Assembly: GCF_032191835.1 (NCBI RefSeq)
Contig: NC_083223.1
Location: 220,658,001 to 220,722,000 of the forward strand
Length of the DNA: 64,000 nucleotides
Source of the DNA: Heteronotia binoei
Taxonomy: Eukaryota
Reading direction: 5' to 3'
Part shown: piece by piece, positions 63,476-64,000 of the stretch
Layout: each line of letters begins with the position of its first letter
Position numbering within the stretch: the first letter of the stretch is position 1
The notes under the pieces: model-generated
What the model saw: the letters and a program-made list of their open reading frames with translations, nothing else
Databases searched by the model: none
Told to the model about the DNA's origin: nothing
Translations under genes and position numbers: made by a program

Positions 63476-64000
63476 TCTCTCTCTCTCTCAGCTTGACTTC
63501 GCGAACGAAGATTTAAGAAGGGTGCAGTAGTCCACGTCTGCTGCAGGCTCGCTGGTGGCTGACAAGACCAATGCGGGACAGGCAGATCCGGCCACAGTGG
63601 CTGCAGGGAAAAGTCTGATTTGGGGTTGGTGCTGTAGCAGTGCGATTCTTCCTCAATCTCCTTTTGTCCTCAAGACCAGCTATGCGTGCGTTCTCAAAGG
63701 AAGAGACAGCCTGGTGGATGGTGTGCCTCCATGCTTTGCGATTTGAGGCTAGGTCAGACCACTGGTGATGGTTGATGCGACAGGTGCCAAGGGATTTCTT
63801 CAAGGAGTCCTTGTACCTCTTCTTTGGTGCCCCTCTATTTCGAGGGCCATGGAAAGTTCGCCATACAGAGCAATCTTGGGAAGGCGGTGGTTTTCCATCC
63901 TAGAAATATGCCCTGCCCAGCGCAGCTGCGTCTTCAACAGCAGTGCCTCGATGCTTGTAACCTCCGCCCTCTTGAGGACTTCAGTGTTGGTCACAAAGTC
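63476..64000 (-). mobile_element. RTE-clade LINE 3' end (non-BovB type), continuing beyond the window
   Basis: Encodes SIEALLLKTQLRWAGHISRM...LPKIALYGEL / RGAPKKRYKDSLKKSL...FPCSHCGRICLSRIGLVSHQRAC; stop at 63513-63515; (GA)n tail; one frameshift near 63850. Confidence 0.9.

Noticed and set aside
1-64000. Most ORFs in the supplied six-frame track
   Set aside because: They are short, have no recognisable domains, often start at non-ATG codons and overlap repeats. Only TTC7A exons and TE remnants are interpretable.
1-64000. CRISPR arrays, operons, endogenous viral coding sequence or NUMTs
   Set aside because: No regularly spaced repeat-spacer array and no viral or mitochondrial coding signatures seen; the DNA is vertebrate intron.

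Overview
Vertebrate (not prokaryotic) genomic DNA, CpG-depleted and dense in transposable elements. Sauria SINEs, 5S-derived Sauria-type SINEs and BovB tails point to a squamate; the MITE families suggest a gecko (inference). The whole window lies inside one plus-strand gene, TTC7A. Four internal coding exons were found by hand (6257-6373, 14270-14367, 19171-19305, 38441-38643). All have canonical AG/GT ends and splice in a continuous frame (...[38 protein letters not shown]|SDSEKASSVTEVPPVKKHNSMYLTLPDAHDNDS|[45 protein letters not shown]|[68 protein letters not shown]...). I recall these as human exons 16-19; the upstream exons and the last exon were not found and presumably lie outside the window. 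Almost all ORFs in the supplied track are spurious or TE fragments. The introns contain CR1, L2, RTE/BovB and Penelope-like retroelements, tRNA- and 5S-derived SINEs, two TSD-supported solo LTRs and many hAT/Harbinger/mariner-type MITEs, often nested. I found no convincing novel gene system. The most interesting observations are an internally deleted Penelope-like element with a perfect 55-bp inverted end, a minimal hammerhead-ribozyme core, a probable locally templated 52-bp insertion inside a SINE, a three-level hAT/LTR nest, and perfect fold-back MITEs and inverted SINEs near exons. TE family names come from recalled consensus features, not from database searches.
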